Origin: Takakia lepidozioides
Lineage: Eukaryota; Plantae; Bryophyta
DNA length: 64,000 nucleotides
Reading direction: 5' to 3'
Assembly: GCA_030704615.1 (NCBI GenBank)
Contig: CM060734.1
Span: forward strand, 43,338,001-43,402,000
Numbering within the stretch: the stretch's first letter is position 1; the number at the start of each line of letters is the position of its first letter. The position numbers were made by a program, and so were the translations under genes. The notes beneath the pieces are model-generated. The model was not told the DNA's origin and searched no databases. It worked only from the letters and a program-made list of their open reading frames with translations. This document shows positions 14,451-27,981 of this stretch, one piece after another.

Positions 14451-16003
14451 AGTGTCATTAGGTCCTAAATCCAACATCTCCTCGACTGTGCAAGGCATCT
14501 TCTCATTGAAATCAAGAAACTTACAAACATTTGAGGGAACAAAATGCATACGATACCAGAAAAAATTGAAACAAAGAAACTCTCACATACTTTCCGAATG
14601 TCCCATGACATCTCATTGACACCGGACGGTTCTATAAGCCCAATCATTGGCATTTGAGGATTTGTAGGCAATGACAAAACACTCATAACAACCTTATTGT
14701 GCAATCAACAACACCCACATCACTCTGCGATTGGCTGTGATAAACAATATTGCACTCAACAAATTTGCAAAAATCGTTCAAAATAAGCAGATGCACATTC
14801 TAGGTCTCTTCCAAAATCATGAAGAAAAGTAGGTAGTGAGTCGTGCTTACTGATCGACCTTGCTAGTCTTGCAAAATATTTCCACTCAACCCAACCGGCC
14901 AAGATCTCTGCAGTTTGCCTACGCCAAATGTACCGAAAGTTGGTAGGCTGAGGAAATTGCAGCCATGACACACGAGCATGCCTCCTCAATTACAACAAAT
15001 AATCTTTGTTCAAGGCTCAAAGTAACTTTGCGATCTGCTCGTCAGAGGCGCCTAGCCCGTGCCCAGTTATCAAATGACATTTACCTCCACAGACACGTGA
15101 GTTGGTGCATTCCGGGGAGGCACATCAAGACCAGTCCCCATCTTCATATTCTCACATGTTTTCTTACACCATCGTCTTGCAATGAAAGAGATAAGTGCAC
15201 AAAACTCCAGCAATCAAATAAGTAAGAAACTAGAAGAAGACGAAGACTCCGACCAAAGCCGGCGTAATTAGAAACTAGAAGTTACAAGAAAACTCAAGGA
15301 CAGAAGGTTTCCACGGCCCGAGCAATACAACGCACAATACAACGGCAACCTGCAAGTTGCATCCTCACGAGCTCAACAAACGTGGAAGACTCGGGGAGAG
15401 AAAAAACTAAAGCATGGGAATTTGGAAATGAACAACCATCAAGAGAGCATACCCCACTAAACTCTAGCCCTTTTTTTGGAACCCTCAATTTTTTGTTTTG
15501 GGAGATCTACATGCAGATCCTATGCTGCCATGTGGCTAACATCATGATGAGTATATTCAAAAGGCAAATATGTGCTATCAAATCTGTCAAAGATGTTTAA
15601 AAAAAATTAAAATTAAAATCCCAAAATGGGCCTAGTGGGCGCTTAAGGGTTAAGGGATGTGAGTCATCTATCTCTTCAAGCATAAAACAAAATCTATGAA
15701 TATAATGAAATTTGACATAATTATTGTATGTGCAAGGTTCACGGTTATATCATATATCCCCTTAGACACCGGGGTTGGATGTTTGAACGTACATATAGTA
15801 ATTGTCATGGAGAAATGTTGACAAAAGGATTATATTCCTTTTATCTACTTACAATACCTCAACCCACCGTGCGTAGGCCCAATACGACAATTTAATTGCT
15901 GTAATTAAAATATATGAATATAGGCCAAGCTAGTGATCAAACACTATGTGGCCCATGTTCCGCTCTCACTCAACACGCAATTTTAATAAAATTGACCTTT
16001 ATG

Positions 16004-19000
16004 TCAGCTTTGGGCAAACTCTTGCTCTTTGACCTTCACTCGTAGTTCCAATTCATTTTCTTGTGGGGTTGAATCCTTTCGCATACCTCGTCCATCTTTG
16101 ATCACAGTTACCCATTGAGATGACAATGGTGGAGTATTTATTGTATTCAAATCTCTACAACTAACCTCGTCCTGATAAGTTTCGAGAAATAGATTCGATT
16201 TGTTAGAATTTGAAGCATTTGTACTAAGATTGGAAATTTGTGCCTTATGTGGAGATGAGATTGACGAAATGTCTACTTGTCTATTCAAATCCATGTTCTC
16301 ATGATGTAACCCAATGTCTCTATCTAACCCTCTACTCTCATTTGCAGGTACCAAAATACCCGTTGAATTGTCTTTTGTACATGCATTTGATTTGTCAACT
16401 ACTTTTTTTCCATAATCTGGGTGTGATAAAGTGTATGAGTTTGTTTCGCCTTCTTTTAATGCCTCCAATCTGAAGAAAATAAACCAATTATGAAATTAAT
16501 ACTATTATATTCTCATTTTGCCTATCCATCAAATTTTGAATTCAAAAATTAAAACCTATTTTTTTGTTTATAATTTTATTTATTATAAATAAAATAATAG
16601 TGAATAGCTTTTGTTTTCAAGGTTTATTTTTAAGTCTTATCTATAAGAGTTCTCTATTTGCGAGCTATTGGATTTGTGGCTATGACTTACGAAATTTTGG
16701 CTGCTTATTATAAACAAGTAAGGTGACATACACCAAATCAGCATTAACATTTTTATGTCTTCAACTTTTCATCTTGTTTTGTTAGTGGTAATCACAAACA
16801 CATTGTTATGAGATGTTCTAAATTGATAATAATGCATTTGGCAAAAATGACGAAACTTTATATGATTTTGTCTAACCTTCTTGCATTATCATGAAAGTTC
16901 AAAGTTCTTGAAATAATACCGATTGATATATTATGTATGCAAGACATATGTCATATGAATATTGTTGGAATGTGTAGCTATTAGTTTTTTCTAAATATAC
17001 ATCAAGATACATTACAACCCGTTATGAAATTTGAAAAATGTTGTCAATCAATGCATCGTGCATAGTGGACATCCAAATTATAGATTCATGAATATACAAC
17101 TTAACCACTTAGTAATATAGAAATTTATGACAATCTCAATTACATAAAAACTACCATAAATCAGAGTAAGATATCAACTAATAAATGCCTAACACATCAT
17201 GTGTATGACGAGAAAAAATAATGCAAATGAGGCAAACACCTAACCTGATGAGTTGTGTCACGTGGTCAATAGGCAACATCATGGTGTTTTTTCCTTCTTC
17301 TTTTGTATTGGAATATGTCATAATTTGGCTATGTGATTCTTGATCCATTAATGGTGAATGATTCAACCGGGCTGGAAAATGTTCACCCTTTGCCTCTATA
17401 TTTGGATTAGAAATTTGTACTTCGGGTTCCAATGATGAATTAGAGTTTGCAGAAAGTGGGGAAGAAGATGAACTCGCCAAATTGTCAGTAGTGTACCACA
17501 TGTATCTGTGGCATGAAGGACAAGCTATGGATGCATCACTAGAAATTTGAACTAACCCCCAAAAGCCACAAGGACAATAAAGCTCTTCCCAATTGTAGGG
17601 CAAAGGTTTTGAATGATTAAAAGACAAGTTTGTAGATGAATTTGAATAGTTTGAACTAATAGGAGAAGTGTGGACCGTAGAGCCCATTAATCCGTGAACT
17701 CTATGAGAGAGTTGACGGGAAGTGTGTTCCTTACACGATGGGCAATACGAAGTTGAGCAATGTTGTGATCGAAAGTTAAGACAAGAGATGTGGCAATTAT
17801 GTAGACATCCCCATGGGCTGATTGTGTTGTCGTGAGTCACATACTTTCTGCATTGAAAAGCTGCTTCACCATATATCCACACGTAGAATTATCTATGTTC
17901 TAAACAAGTTTCAAATATTTCATTGTATGTATGGTCTTTTTTCATTACACATATCATAACCTTTGAGAAAAATAATTGTGATGATGACAATATGATCAAG
18001 TTTAAGATGCAATATATCGCAAATTATATCATGTTGAACAATCGTTATCATTATTTGAGTACAAATGAAAGCTTAAACATCATATTTCATCTTAAATTAC
18101 TAAAATATAATAATATGACGTCGTGAGATAATTGAAATATGACTATTAGAATATTTTGATTTGGTTACAATCATCATAAACAAATTAACTTGAATTGACA
18201 ATAAAAGAAATGAGAAAAAAACGATGTCCTCAATATTGAACTCTCTAGATGATGTATAAAATAATACAATGGTACAAAGAGTGAGATATGTTTCCTATCA
18301 AATAACGCATTCCGAACATTTGGGACCATCTATTGTAGACTTAAATCCAATGAGTAGAAAAAAAAAATATATATATATATACATTTTTGATCTACCTGCA
18401 GATCACACATATAGAATTTCCAAATATGCGATAGAGTTGTCGATGTGAAAGATGCGCAGGCCTCACACACTGCACCAAAGCCTTTCCATATCCCAACTCA
18501 TCGATAGTGGCTACTGTCAACATAGGTTCGGCTTGTGGTAGAGATGCAAGCTCTGATAACATTGACATCTTTAGTAGGTGTGTTTGCAACAACTCCAATG
18601 GCACATTCACCATGAGTTTTGCATCTGTTACCCATACCCTCACACCTTGGGCTGAGAGTCTTTTGATTATCCCGAACAACCATTTGTGTTGATTGCATCG
18701 GACCACCACCGCCTCTCCTGGGTTGTATTCTGACAGGTTCACCCGTCTACAAAATGTCTCATATTGAGTACTAACAATCTTCAATTTATTTATTTTATAA
18801 GCACCAAAATTAAAATATAGTAATATAAAAAACATAAAATAAATTTTGTTGAAAAATATAGCAAAATATAATCTAGATTTGATCACCTCTCACACACACA
18901 ACTTTATATCTTTGAATGGATGACCATTTGAATATGAACAACTATCATATATCACTTATTCCACATCCAAGTAGATGGAACTGAACTTCTAATATATTGC

Positions 19001-20299
19001 TTTCTCTAAGTATTACTTATAGGAGACGATATCGATCCATTTGGATACTGTGATCATTGATTCATCAACTTGGATATATTTTAGGATAAAAAAAACAATA
19101 AAACAATAAACCATTAATATTCAATTGACCACAAGTTAAAATAGTGAGAAAAAAATATGCATGAGTTTGAAAAGATCCTATTTTCATCATTTTCTTTTGC
19201 CTTGAGTTGTATGATCCCTTAGACTTGTCATCTCCTACCTATCAAACACAATATAATAATTTTTTTATACAGACTATAAATATCTCACAGCATGATCAAG
19301 AGCAAAATGAAGTTATATAGGCTTACTTTTTTTGAGTAGATGTGTGCCAATTTGGAACCCTAACAGTGTTGCCAACTAAAAAATTCGGAGAGCTCCGAGA
19401 CGCGGTCTTCCAATTTTCTTGAACACATGGCACCAATGATGGACAACTAGCACTATAATCTCTTTCCAACAAATAGTGAGATCCCGGACTGAGCTGGGGG
19501 CTGTAAAAGGCTGCCACACTCCTCGTTGGGGCAGAAACAGTCTGGTTTGACCACCACATGATTTTGAAGTATTAGGGTCTATAATAGTTTTTGTAATAAA
19601 TCAGCAAACTTAAAAAAATGAACCGTTGTGATTTTTATTTTGTCTTTATAAATCATAAGTACATATCTTCTATACTATGACTTTGTTTATTGTTTTCAAA
19701 ACGTAAATCGGACATCTGATCATCATATTGCAATACAACCTTAAATTAATGAAGCTAATATAATTATCCATGGATTCAAACTTTTAATGGATTGAACTTT
19801 GTGCTTAGAATCCACTGAAATGAAGACAATAAATGCTCAAGCTCAGCTTTCAACATCTTCAATAAGTTATTATCACATTTTGGGAAAGATTAATGATAAT
19901 TATTGCAGCGAACAAAAATATTTATCTCTTCATCCAAGCTTTTTACAGCATCTCAAATAATAAGTATTAGATTTATATGGACCTTAGTCACCTTATCATC
20001 TTGCAATGTGTACAACGTATTCGAACATCCAAGATTTTCTCGAGTTTCTTTTAGATTCATGAGCTATGTTTGTACTCGTTATCAAACATATCATGTTCCA
20101 AATGTTATATTGTGGATAAAGGTGATACAATCTTTGTATAACACTACCAATTATAACTAGCGACCGAGGACATGACTTGAATACATTATTCTGTATCACC
20201 CATGCAATTGAAATAATTATCAATGCATTTCAATCTAAATCTGTCTTCCAACCATATTCTAGACCTCTTTTTATTGGAAGTCTCAACTTTGTCTGTCAT
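16004..20299 (-). pseudogene. Multi-exon chromatin-reader-like gene or pseudogene (chromo-like, Tudor/SH3-like, PHD finger, Zn-ribbon)
   Basis: GT-AG-bounded exons in AT-rich introns. LEKILDVRIR../.YFKIMW is chromo-like, with in-frame stops. YNPGEAVVVRCNQHKWLFGIIKRL..QGVRV is Tudor-like. CVIC / FQC..GCLHNCHISCL..YCPSC is a C4HC3 PHD split by an intron. CPCG..ACPSC follows. 5' exons have several premature stops; 3' exons are open. Confidence 0.45.
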
Positions 20300-20824
20300 T
20301 AACTATGAAATGACTTAATACTTTTGGGTTTTCTTTTTCTTTTTCTTTTTTTTCTGTCTTATCCATATTCTAGGATTTTAGATTAAGTGTATGTTTTGTT
20401 TCCTCTTTAACGACACAAATTCTCTCTTTGGAAACTTCCAAAACATCACACTGACATCCAATCAGTTTCCTTGTTGTCTTCTATCCAACACTTTCAAAAG
20501 CCCTAATCAGAGCACCTCAAACAAATACCAAAATGACATGTCATTTCATATCTGACACAATATCCAATAGATGGCCTAGTAATTAGAGCAAAAGGCTGCC
20601 TTACAAATGGTCGTTGGTTCAAAGCCACATAGGTGTTTGTTGAATGTCACCCATTGTAGTCAACCCAACTATACAAAGGTGGGTAATTGGAACCAGTTGC
20701 TTAATGTGTGGGACGTACTTTGTAGAACTTCCAAGTCTTTGGGGGAGGGTTTCCCAGTTGACGAAAATGCGGTGCCGCATTTTTCCGTTCACAATCCGTG
20801 TAAAAGGTGTGACATATCCTCGCC

Positions 20825-20950
20825 CTTCCTGCATCATTTGCTCAAGAATAAGCTCAAGAAAGCTACATCAGTTGCTCAAGAATAGGTCGCAAAGCCTCAA
20901 TCCCACGCCCCTGCATTGCATATCTTGCGATCATCGCGTTCCATGACACA
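20825..20950 (-). pseudogene. Isolated PPR P-motif fragment
   Basis: Reverse complement reads VSWNAMIARYAMQGRGIEAL...EQMMQEG, close at DNA level to the P motifs of the PPR-DYW gene at 50.9-51.8 kb. Confidence 0.75.
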
Positions 20951-21519
20951 AGTTCTCACTGCTTCGGCTCGATACTACGAAAACATATGGTAGTGAGGGA
21001 GACAAAAGGAGGTTAAGTCCCAGCCCTCTGTGTTCGCGGCTGAATGTGGGCAACCCTAAAGCAACTTTTTCAATTTTTTAACTTTTTGCATTTTGTGTCA
21101 TTCCATGGACACAAGTGCTTCGTTAAAGATAGATGGATGAGGTCATCCAATGGATGAATCCATTCATGTATATACCTTAAGATGCCACGTGCGGTGATGT
21201 AGTCATATAAACAGAGCTGTGAAATCTTTTGTGGTCATATAGTCATAAGCTTCTATGGCATGTCATCAATGTGTAGTAGTGATGTAGTCATTTAGTCATA
21301 AGCTTATATGACATGTGTCTAACGTGTAGTATTGCGTATGACTACTAGTTATATAAACCAAGCCTATGTACTTGGTCAACAATGTTTGACCGTGGCTCTT
21401 AGTCATGTAGTAAAATGTATGACTGCATTAGATTAAAATATATTAAAATGCACCCAACAATGGGTTTCATCACTTCGTAGTCACATATATAGTTGTGGTT
21501 ACCAAGGTTTATATTAAAA

Positions 21520-21690
21520 ATGTGACAAGTCCATTCCGAAGGAGGGGTTGTGATCCGCAGATTGGACATCACACAACTCCAATGGAACTCCATTTCACAC
21601 CAGTTACAGTACACAAAATCTGCCATGTCCACGTGCATACTACACACATTACAACGTACCCTCCATGCCACACTTTGGGAAGGGCTATGC
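21520..21690 (-). pseudogene. PHD-finger fragment next to a CACTA-like terminus (TGTAGTAGTG, 21714-21723)
   Basis: CNVC..DFVYCNWCEMEFHWSC..PPSEWTC matches the C4HC3 PHD pattern with the last Cys missing. Confidence 0.65.
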
Positions 21691-21723
21691 TCCACTTCAT
21701 AAAAACCTTAATCTGTAGTAGTG

Positions 21724-24265
21724 TATTGACGTGTAGCTCGGGGCTTAGCTGGCTATCGTTGATGAAACTCTTGGACTCCCACGTTCGTTCCTTGATGTCG
21801 TAGCCTTTCCAATGTATGAAATACTTAAGACGTTTATACTTGATGCGAGAGTCTAAGACTTCGTCGACTTCATACTCGATTTCCTGATTGACGTCGATTG
21901 GTGGAGGTGGTACGGAGACTCTCCCTAGAATATTCGATGGATGATACAACTCCAATAATGAAACATGAAAGACTGGATGGATGCGCATACTTCGTGGGAG
22001 TTCAAGCCGAAAACTGACCTAATTTATTTGTCGAATAATTTTGAATGGTCCCAGGCGTTGATAATCCAACTTCCTTGATGGTCGCGAGGTTTGTATGTCC
22101 CGTCGAAGAAGCCACACACGATCTCCGACCTTGAACTGGATTTAGAGTTGACGATGTTGATTTACATACTCCTTGTATTGTTTTTGAGCTTCCGCGAGGC
22201 AGAATGTAAACTCCTTGTGAATCGTAGCAAGATGAGTAGCAAGGTTTTCTACAGCAGGGCTTCCAACAGTTTTCTTGTAGAAAGGGTTTGCTCGAGGATG
22301 ATGACCATAATTGGAGAAAAACGAAGTTTGTTTGGTCGAAGAATGTATAGTATTGTTGTAGGCAAACTCAGCTAATGGCAGAAGGTCCGTCCAATTATCT
22401 TGGTGATAATTTATCGTACAATGAAGATATTGCTCCAAAATCTGGTTTATGCGTTCGGTTTGACCATCAATCTGTGGATGATTAGCTGTAGAGAGGTTGA
22501 TCTTAGTATCCAATATGTGAAATAATCCCCTCAAGAAATTTGATATGAACTGTGGTCCTCGATCAGATACGATGTCCTTCGGGAGTCCATGAATGCGGTA
22601 GATATTATTGAGGAAGAGTCTTGCAGTTTCCTCGCCGGTAACCGTCTTATTACATGGAATGAAATGTCATCTTCGTAAAATGATCCAGAATAACAAGGAT
22701 TGAGTCGGTGGTCTTGGAAATTGGAAGGTCCGTAATAAAGTCCATAGACACGGACGACCATGGACCCTTGGAAATGGGTAATGGTTGAAAAAGGCCGCAA
22801 GGTCGATGTCGTGGTCCTTTCGCTCTAGCACAGGTGTTACAAGATTTTACAAATTCTTTCACGAGTTTCCATACGTGCGGCCACCAATAGTCCCTGGATA
22901 TCAATTCCATTGTTTTGTTAAAGCCAAAATGTCCAGCAGCCGGAAGATCATGACATGTTTGAAGAATTCGAAGTCGTGTAGGTCCTGGAGGTACATAGAG
23001 AAGTCATTTGAAATAAAATAAGTCATATTTGACTTCGAAGTCGTTTGTAACATGTGGGTTGTCTCGAGGTCGATTTAGTTGACTTCGTAGTGTCATGGCA
23101 AATTGGTCGCTCTTCAGTGCTTCTTGAATCTCCTTTATGATCTCTACATTGTCATAAGTGGACGTAGATAGCATATTCAATTGGAGATTTGTTGGTTTCA
23201 AGATGATGGATTTCTGTTGGTTAAAAGCTGCATCCCTTTCTTTTGGTGCAAGATACGATTGTCGAGAAAGAGCATCTGGTTTTTCTTGAAGATGTCTGGG
23301 ACGGTATGTAATAACAAAATCAAACCATGCTAGTGGCATACTCCATCTCGCTTGACGTCGATTTGTGATCGGTATAGACATTGACCTGATGTTTAGCTCC
23401 CTCCAATACATGACGTCACTCCTCAAAAACATAGGTAATCGCTAGAAGTTCTTTGTCATGGATTACATAATTGATCTCCGCAGCAGAAAATTTGCGTGAA
23501 CGAAAACCAACAGGGTGAAGTCAGCCATCTGTACCGTATTGAGAAAGTATCGCGCCAAGTGCAAAGTCCGATGCATCTGCTTCCAAAAAGAATGGTTTAG
23601 ATGGGTTTGAATGTACCAGTATTGGAGCCGTTGTAAATGTCTGCTTCAGCCTTTCAAATGTTTGGTCAGTTTTCTCGTCCCATACAAATTTGTCCTTCCC
23701 TGTGAGTCGTGTCAATGGTGCAGCAATTTTGGAATAATCCTTGATAAAGATTTTATAGATATTTACAAATCCTAGAAAACATTGTACATCTCGGACCGAA
23801 GTTGGTTTAATCCACTCGATGATGGTTTGTATTTTCTTCTGATCCATAAAGACTCATTTGTCGGAAATAATATAGCCCAAAAATGCGACTTCAGATTGGT
23901 GGAAAAATATTTTTCCAACTTGGCATATAGTTTTTTTTCCCTCAATTTATCAAGGACAAGGCGTTTATGACAACCATGTTCTTCTTCATTCTGTGAAAAT
24001 ATCAAAATGTCGTCCAAATAGATGACAAAGTTATCTAAAAATTCTCGAAAGATGTCATTCATTATGTGTCGAAAAATTGCTACAGCATTTGTAAGACCGA
24101 AAGACATAACACTGTATTCAAAATGTCCGTACCTTGTGCGAAAAGCATTATTCCATTCGTCTTCTTCTTTTATTCGTACAAGGTTGTAGGCTCATCTCAA
24201 GTTGATTTTTTAAAAAAAAATTATTCGTCCATATTGTTCGATGAATCCGGAAATCAGCGGTAGTA
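21724..24265 (-). mobile_element. Ty3/gypsy chromovirus (Tcn1/Tf1-like) pol remnant: RT-RNaseH-integrase-chromodomain
   Basis: [80 protein letters not shown]...WKGY..ERTWE; many frameshifts. Confidence 0.92.
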
Positions 24266-25657
24266 AATTAAATATAAATGTCTTGAGTATTTTGTACATT
24301 GGAAAGACTACGACATCAGCGAACGAACGTGAGAACCTTCATCCAATCTCGCCAATACATCTGACCAAGTCCAAGAGTTTCATCAACGATATCCAGCTAA
24401 GCCCCAAGCTACACGTCAATAAGACGTCACAACGATGATGTCAGCCAAGTTAGCTTCAAGGTGAAGACTCCACATTCAATGCACTTGATACACGCTAAGG
24501 AGAGAAGAGCACCACACATCAAGATATATAGCTACACTTCCAGCACTCTTGCATCTTGTATTGGCAGTATGGAGTCACATGAACCAGATACATTGGAGTT
24601 GTCGCTTACCTAACTACTAGATCAGCCGTTCCGACTTTCACGACCTTCAACATCACGTCGACGCTCTCAAGACGATGGGCCACCAATGCGACGCGTACTT
24701 CCTCGTCTGAACCCCGTACGACGGCAAGTGGAGCCTACTCGAAGTCTGATAATTCTGTTAGAGGTTGAGGTTTCGGACGCAGAAGGCAACGAAATCATGT
24801 TTGAAGGCAGCTTCGAGAATCAGAATGCTCAAATCACTGCGTGGTCCCAAGTTCAAGGAATTGGACACTATCGATGATTGCAGGGACCTATAAATCATTT
24901 GAGTCAAGAACGAAGAGCCGAATACTTGACAAATATCATTCGCCGGATTTTGGATTTTCTCCAACTCTAAGCAAGTCCAAGATTTTATCGCTCCTCGAGG
25001 AACTCGGCGCTAGAGGAGGGGGTGATGTCACGGACATAACCCAGAAGAATTTACCAGGAGTAAATACCAGAAGTTACCAAGTTATCATGTTATCGAAAGT
25101 TATCATGACTTACCATGACTTACCATGACTTATCATGATTTACCATTACTTATCAAGTTACCGGGAGTTTACCAAATTACCAAGAATAACTTGGGAAACT
25201 GCTCATGAAGCTTCATTCGGAGGAAACTTCTCCATCAAGATACCTCCTTTGTTTAAGGAAGCTTTTCCATCAAGAAATATTTGTTTAATCTTGGAAACTT
25301 CTCCAGCAAGAAACCTCCATAGGGGAAGCTTCTTAGGGAAGCTTCTTAGTAGCTAGTATATATAGGAGACGAGACTGGACACTCTTCAGTCTCGCCAACA
25401 CCAGTTCAAACTACTCTTGTTTCCAGTTCCCATTACCCTAGCCCAGTTTCCAGTATCTGGTACTCCAGTCCAGTTTCCAGCATTCCAATATTCAAGTCGT
25501 GTTCCAATATCTTGTACCCTTGTTCATTGTTATAAAGATCACCTTGATTCCTATTTATTCATCGTGCATACGGCCACGCCGACCTTGACTTCTTGCCTAG
25601 TCTTGTATCTCTAGTCTGATCTCTTGTTTGTGTTCAGTCATGTTCTCGTCCTTGACA
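24266..25657 (+). mobile_element. 3' end of the same chromovirus family in opposite orientation: chromodomain C-terminus, PPT and 632-bp LTR (25026-25657)
   Basis: YFVHWKDYDISERT*EPSSNLANTSDQVQEFHQRYPAKP at ~24288-24420. Purine tract AGAGGAGGGGGTGA directly precedes TGTCACGG...CTTGACA. The LTR is homologous to 56117-56748. Confidence 0.88.
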
Positions 25658-25659
25658 CC

Positions 25660-27220
25660 TACATACTACCCATTTTTCTTTTGGGCCCATCAAACGAAAG
25701 CTGTGTCTTTGACTTTGCCTTCCTAGAGCCACTACGCTTGTGTCTCCAATTTATTTCTACGTCTTCGTTCTCCAAGGAAGTCTGTTTAGTACAAGTTGAG
25801 CTTCCAATAGGCAGGGGGTGAGTCTCCCCACACAATCCTAGTGTCATCAATTCTCCTGCCGAACACGAAATCTTTTCCCCATGATTTGTCGAAGGCGGCA
25901 AAGAGTTGAGGTCTTCGACTGCAGTGACACTTGGAAAGAGCTGCAACCAAAACAGACCAAGCTTTGCGAGCCTCAGACTTAAGGTTTGAGTGAGCCAGAA
26001 AAAGAACTTTGTTCAAACACGGCCTCTCTCTTTGATACACCACACAACATCTCATTTTCCAAATCTGCCACAATATGATACCTCTTAGTGACTCCCAAAC
26101 ATGTCAAGAACAATGAATTCTGCAATTCTTGACATTGAGAAGCAAGACTGAAGGAGAGGAGTCCAAGTTAGAGGACCAGAAAGAGTACAGATGAAGGGCC
26201 TTTTTCCAAACAGCACGGGCGAATGGGCAAAGCACCAAGGCATGTTCCAAATTTTCCTCTGTAGCCAGGATACAAGAGACATAGTTCAAAGATGAATCTT
26301 CAAAGTTTGCCACCACAGGCAAGATCTTATTGGCCACTTTCCATAGGAAGGCCATAACTTTCGACGACCTGTGTTTTTTCCAAATATCACGCCAAACCAG
26401 CTTCCAAAGGACCGCAGGCCAAGGCAGATGTTGCTACTTATTAGACCATTTTTGATAGAATCCTCTTTTAGGCATCAACAACTTGTACCCAAGCAAAACC
26501 GAATAATTGAAAAATGGGTCATGTCCCTTGGACATCCAAATCCACTCCCCAGGGTCAAACTGAAGTAGTTTAAGAGGGGTAGAAAGAAACCAGCAAAAGT
26601 TCCCCTCATAATGTTGCAGGTCCAAGGGAGGCATAGGGTTTGTGTTTCCTGAAAGCTTACAATAGACCCCGATCTCAAAGAATTGGCAGTCTGTAGGGGA
26701 GAGTAGGATTCCGTCCTTGCTTACCCCAAAACCAGTACCATGCATACAGGAGCTATCTCTAGCAATCGCGTAAATGGCTATGGGTTGGGAGTCACCAACA
26801 AAACCCAGCCAGCCCAGCAGCGACATGAGATTGGGGTCAGCAATAAGCCTATTCCAATTGTCAGGGAGATCCCCCATGACCGCATTCCAACCCAAATTAA
26901 CCCTTCTCTTTGATAGCTGCTGCGCAGCAGATTGAGAAGAGATCAGAAACATAGAGTTACCATCCCAGAAATGCAAGAAGTGGGCCAAACCTGCATCTTC
27001 CCATTCAGCCCAACATTTAGTACATGTAATCAGAATCTCCTTATCACGATTATAATTCCCAAAAAGTGGTTGCCTCAAGACCTGGCTAAATGAAAAGGGA
27101 CTTAGCTGTACCAAGAACGGGCGCAACTTGCACCAAGTCTTCCATATGGATTGCCACGCTCGAGAACCCAAACCCGGCCTTTGATTGAGCTTACCACCTT
27201 GGGTAATCCATCTCAGCGAA
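25660..27220 (-). mobile_element. LINE (L1-like) ORF2 3' remnant with zf-RVT domain
   Basis: KVMAFLWKVANKILPV...C....EENLEHALVLCPFARAVW (zf-RVT), with an upstream W-rich segment (WQSIWKTW). Confidence 0.7.
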
Positions 27221-27503
27221 TGAGCCCATTTGTCACTAGTAGGACATTAGATTCATGCATTTGGAGATTTGATATTTGGAGTTTGTTTGAGATTTTAGGC
27301 ATTTTTTTAAGAGTTTCTGTATATTTTCACTTAATTATTAGGCAGATTTATATTTAGTGCCGGATCAGCCTTCCCACTGCGGTAGCTGGATGTCAGGCGT
27401 GCTGACTGTACTAGGCGCGGGGGCGTGGCGGGCAAGACCCGGGTGGCCGCACGCAGGCCGCTCATCATTGCAATTGAGGGCCATGTGCTGCCCACGTCCC
27501 CAT

Positions 27504-27981
27504 CACGTGACAGCCCGTGTGCTCAGCTGATTCACCTGCCTCTTCGGCCCTCACCCCCAGGAACCTTTGATATCTTTATATGTACCTCTGTGCCTGTTGA
27601 GCACGCGCCCTTTATTACAGCGAGAGCAAAATTCACCTCGCCCAAGCTCGACACAACCCGGCGGCAGGATTCGAACCCAGTATCCGCTGGGTAGCACTCA
27701 CCGGCTGGTTTCAAAAACATCACCAAACAGGAAATACTTGGCAGTAAAATTCTCCGAAAATCTCGTGAGATGCCGAATATTTCCCAAACACCGCCCCGCA
27801 GATGCCCTAAAGCCACGTGGAGCTCCGAGAACTTCATGGGAACGCTGCATGTCCGAAAAACAGTAACGATAAAAAATGATTGAACGCATTGACTTGTAAT
27901 ATCATAATTAAATAACAATGGTAGTAATAAAAAATGAAAAAATCAGCAACGCAGTGGGCACGGACGCACAAGACACACGTG
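27504..27981. promoter_or_regulatory. Three G-box (CACGTG) motifs upstream of UVR8
   Basis: CACGTG at 27504, 27814 and 27976, 0.5-1 kb upstream of the ATG. Function inferred only. Confidence 0.35.

Larger units (their letters stand above)
3223..15649 (-). mobile_element. piggyBac-like DNA transposon remnant, probably expanded by nested insertions
   Basis: TTAA|CCCTTAAG at 3219-3230 and CTTAAGGG|TTAA at 15642-15653. Degenerate DDE_Tnp_1_7-like transposase on the minus strand at ~13300-14450. That both ends belong to one element is inferred. Confidence 0.55.

Noticed and set aside
21399-21988. Integrase-chromodomain-PHD fusion protein
   Set aside because: The PHD is in a different frame and is separated from the truncated chromodomain by a CACTA-like terminus at 21723; juxtaposition by insertion is more likely.
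27655-27710. tRNA gene suggested by GGGTTCGAATCC on the minus strand
   Set aside because: B-box-like motif only; no A-box or cloverleaf could be built.
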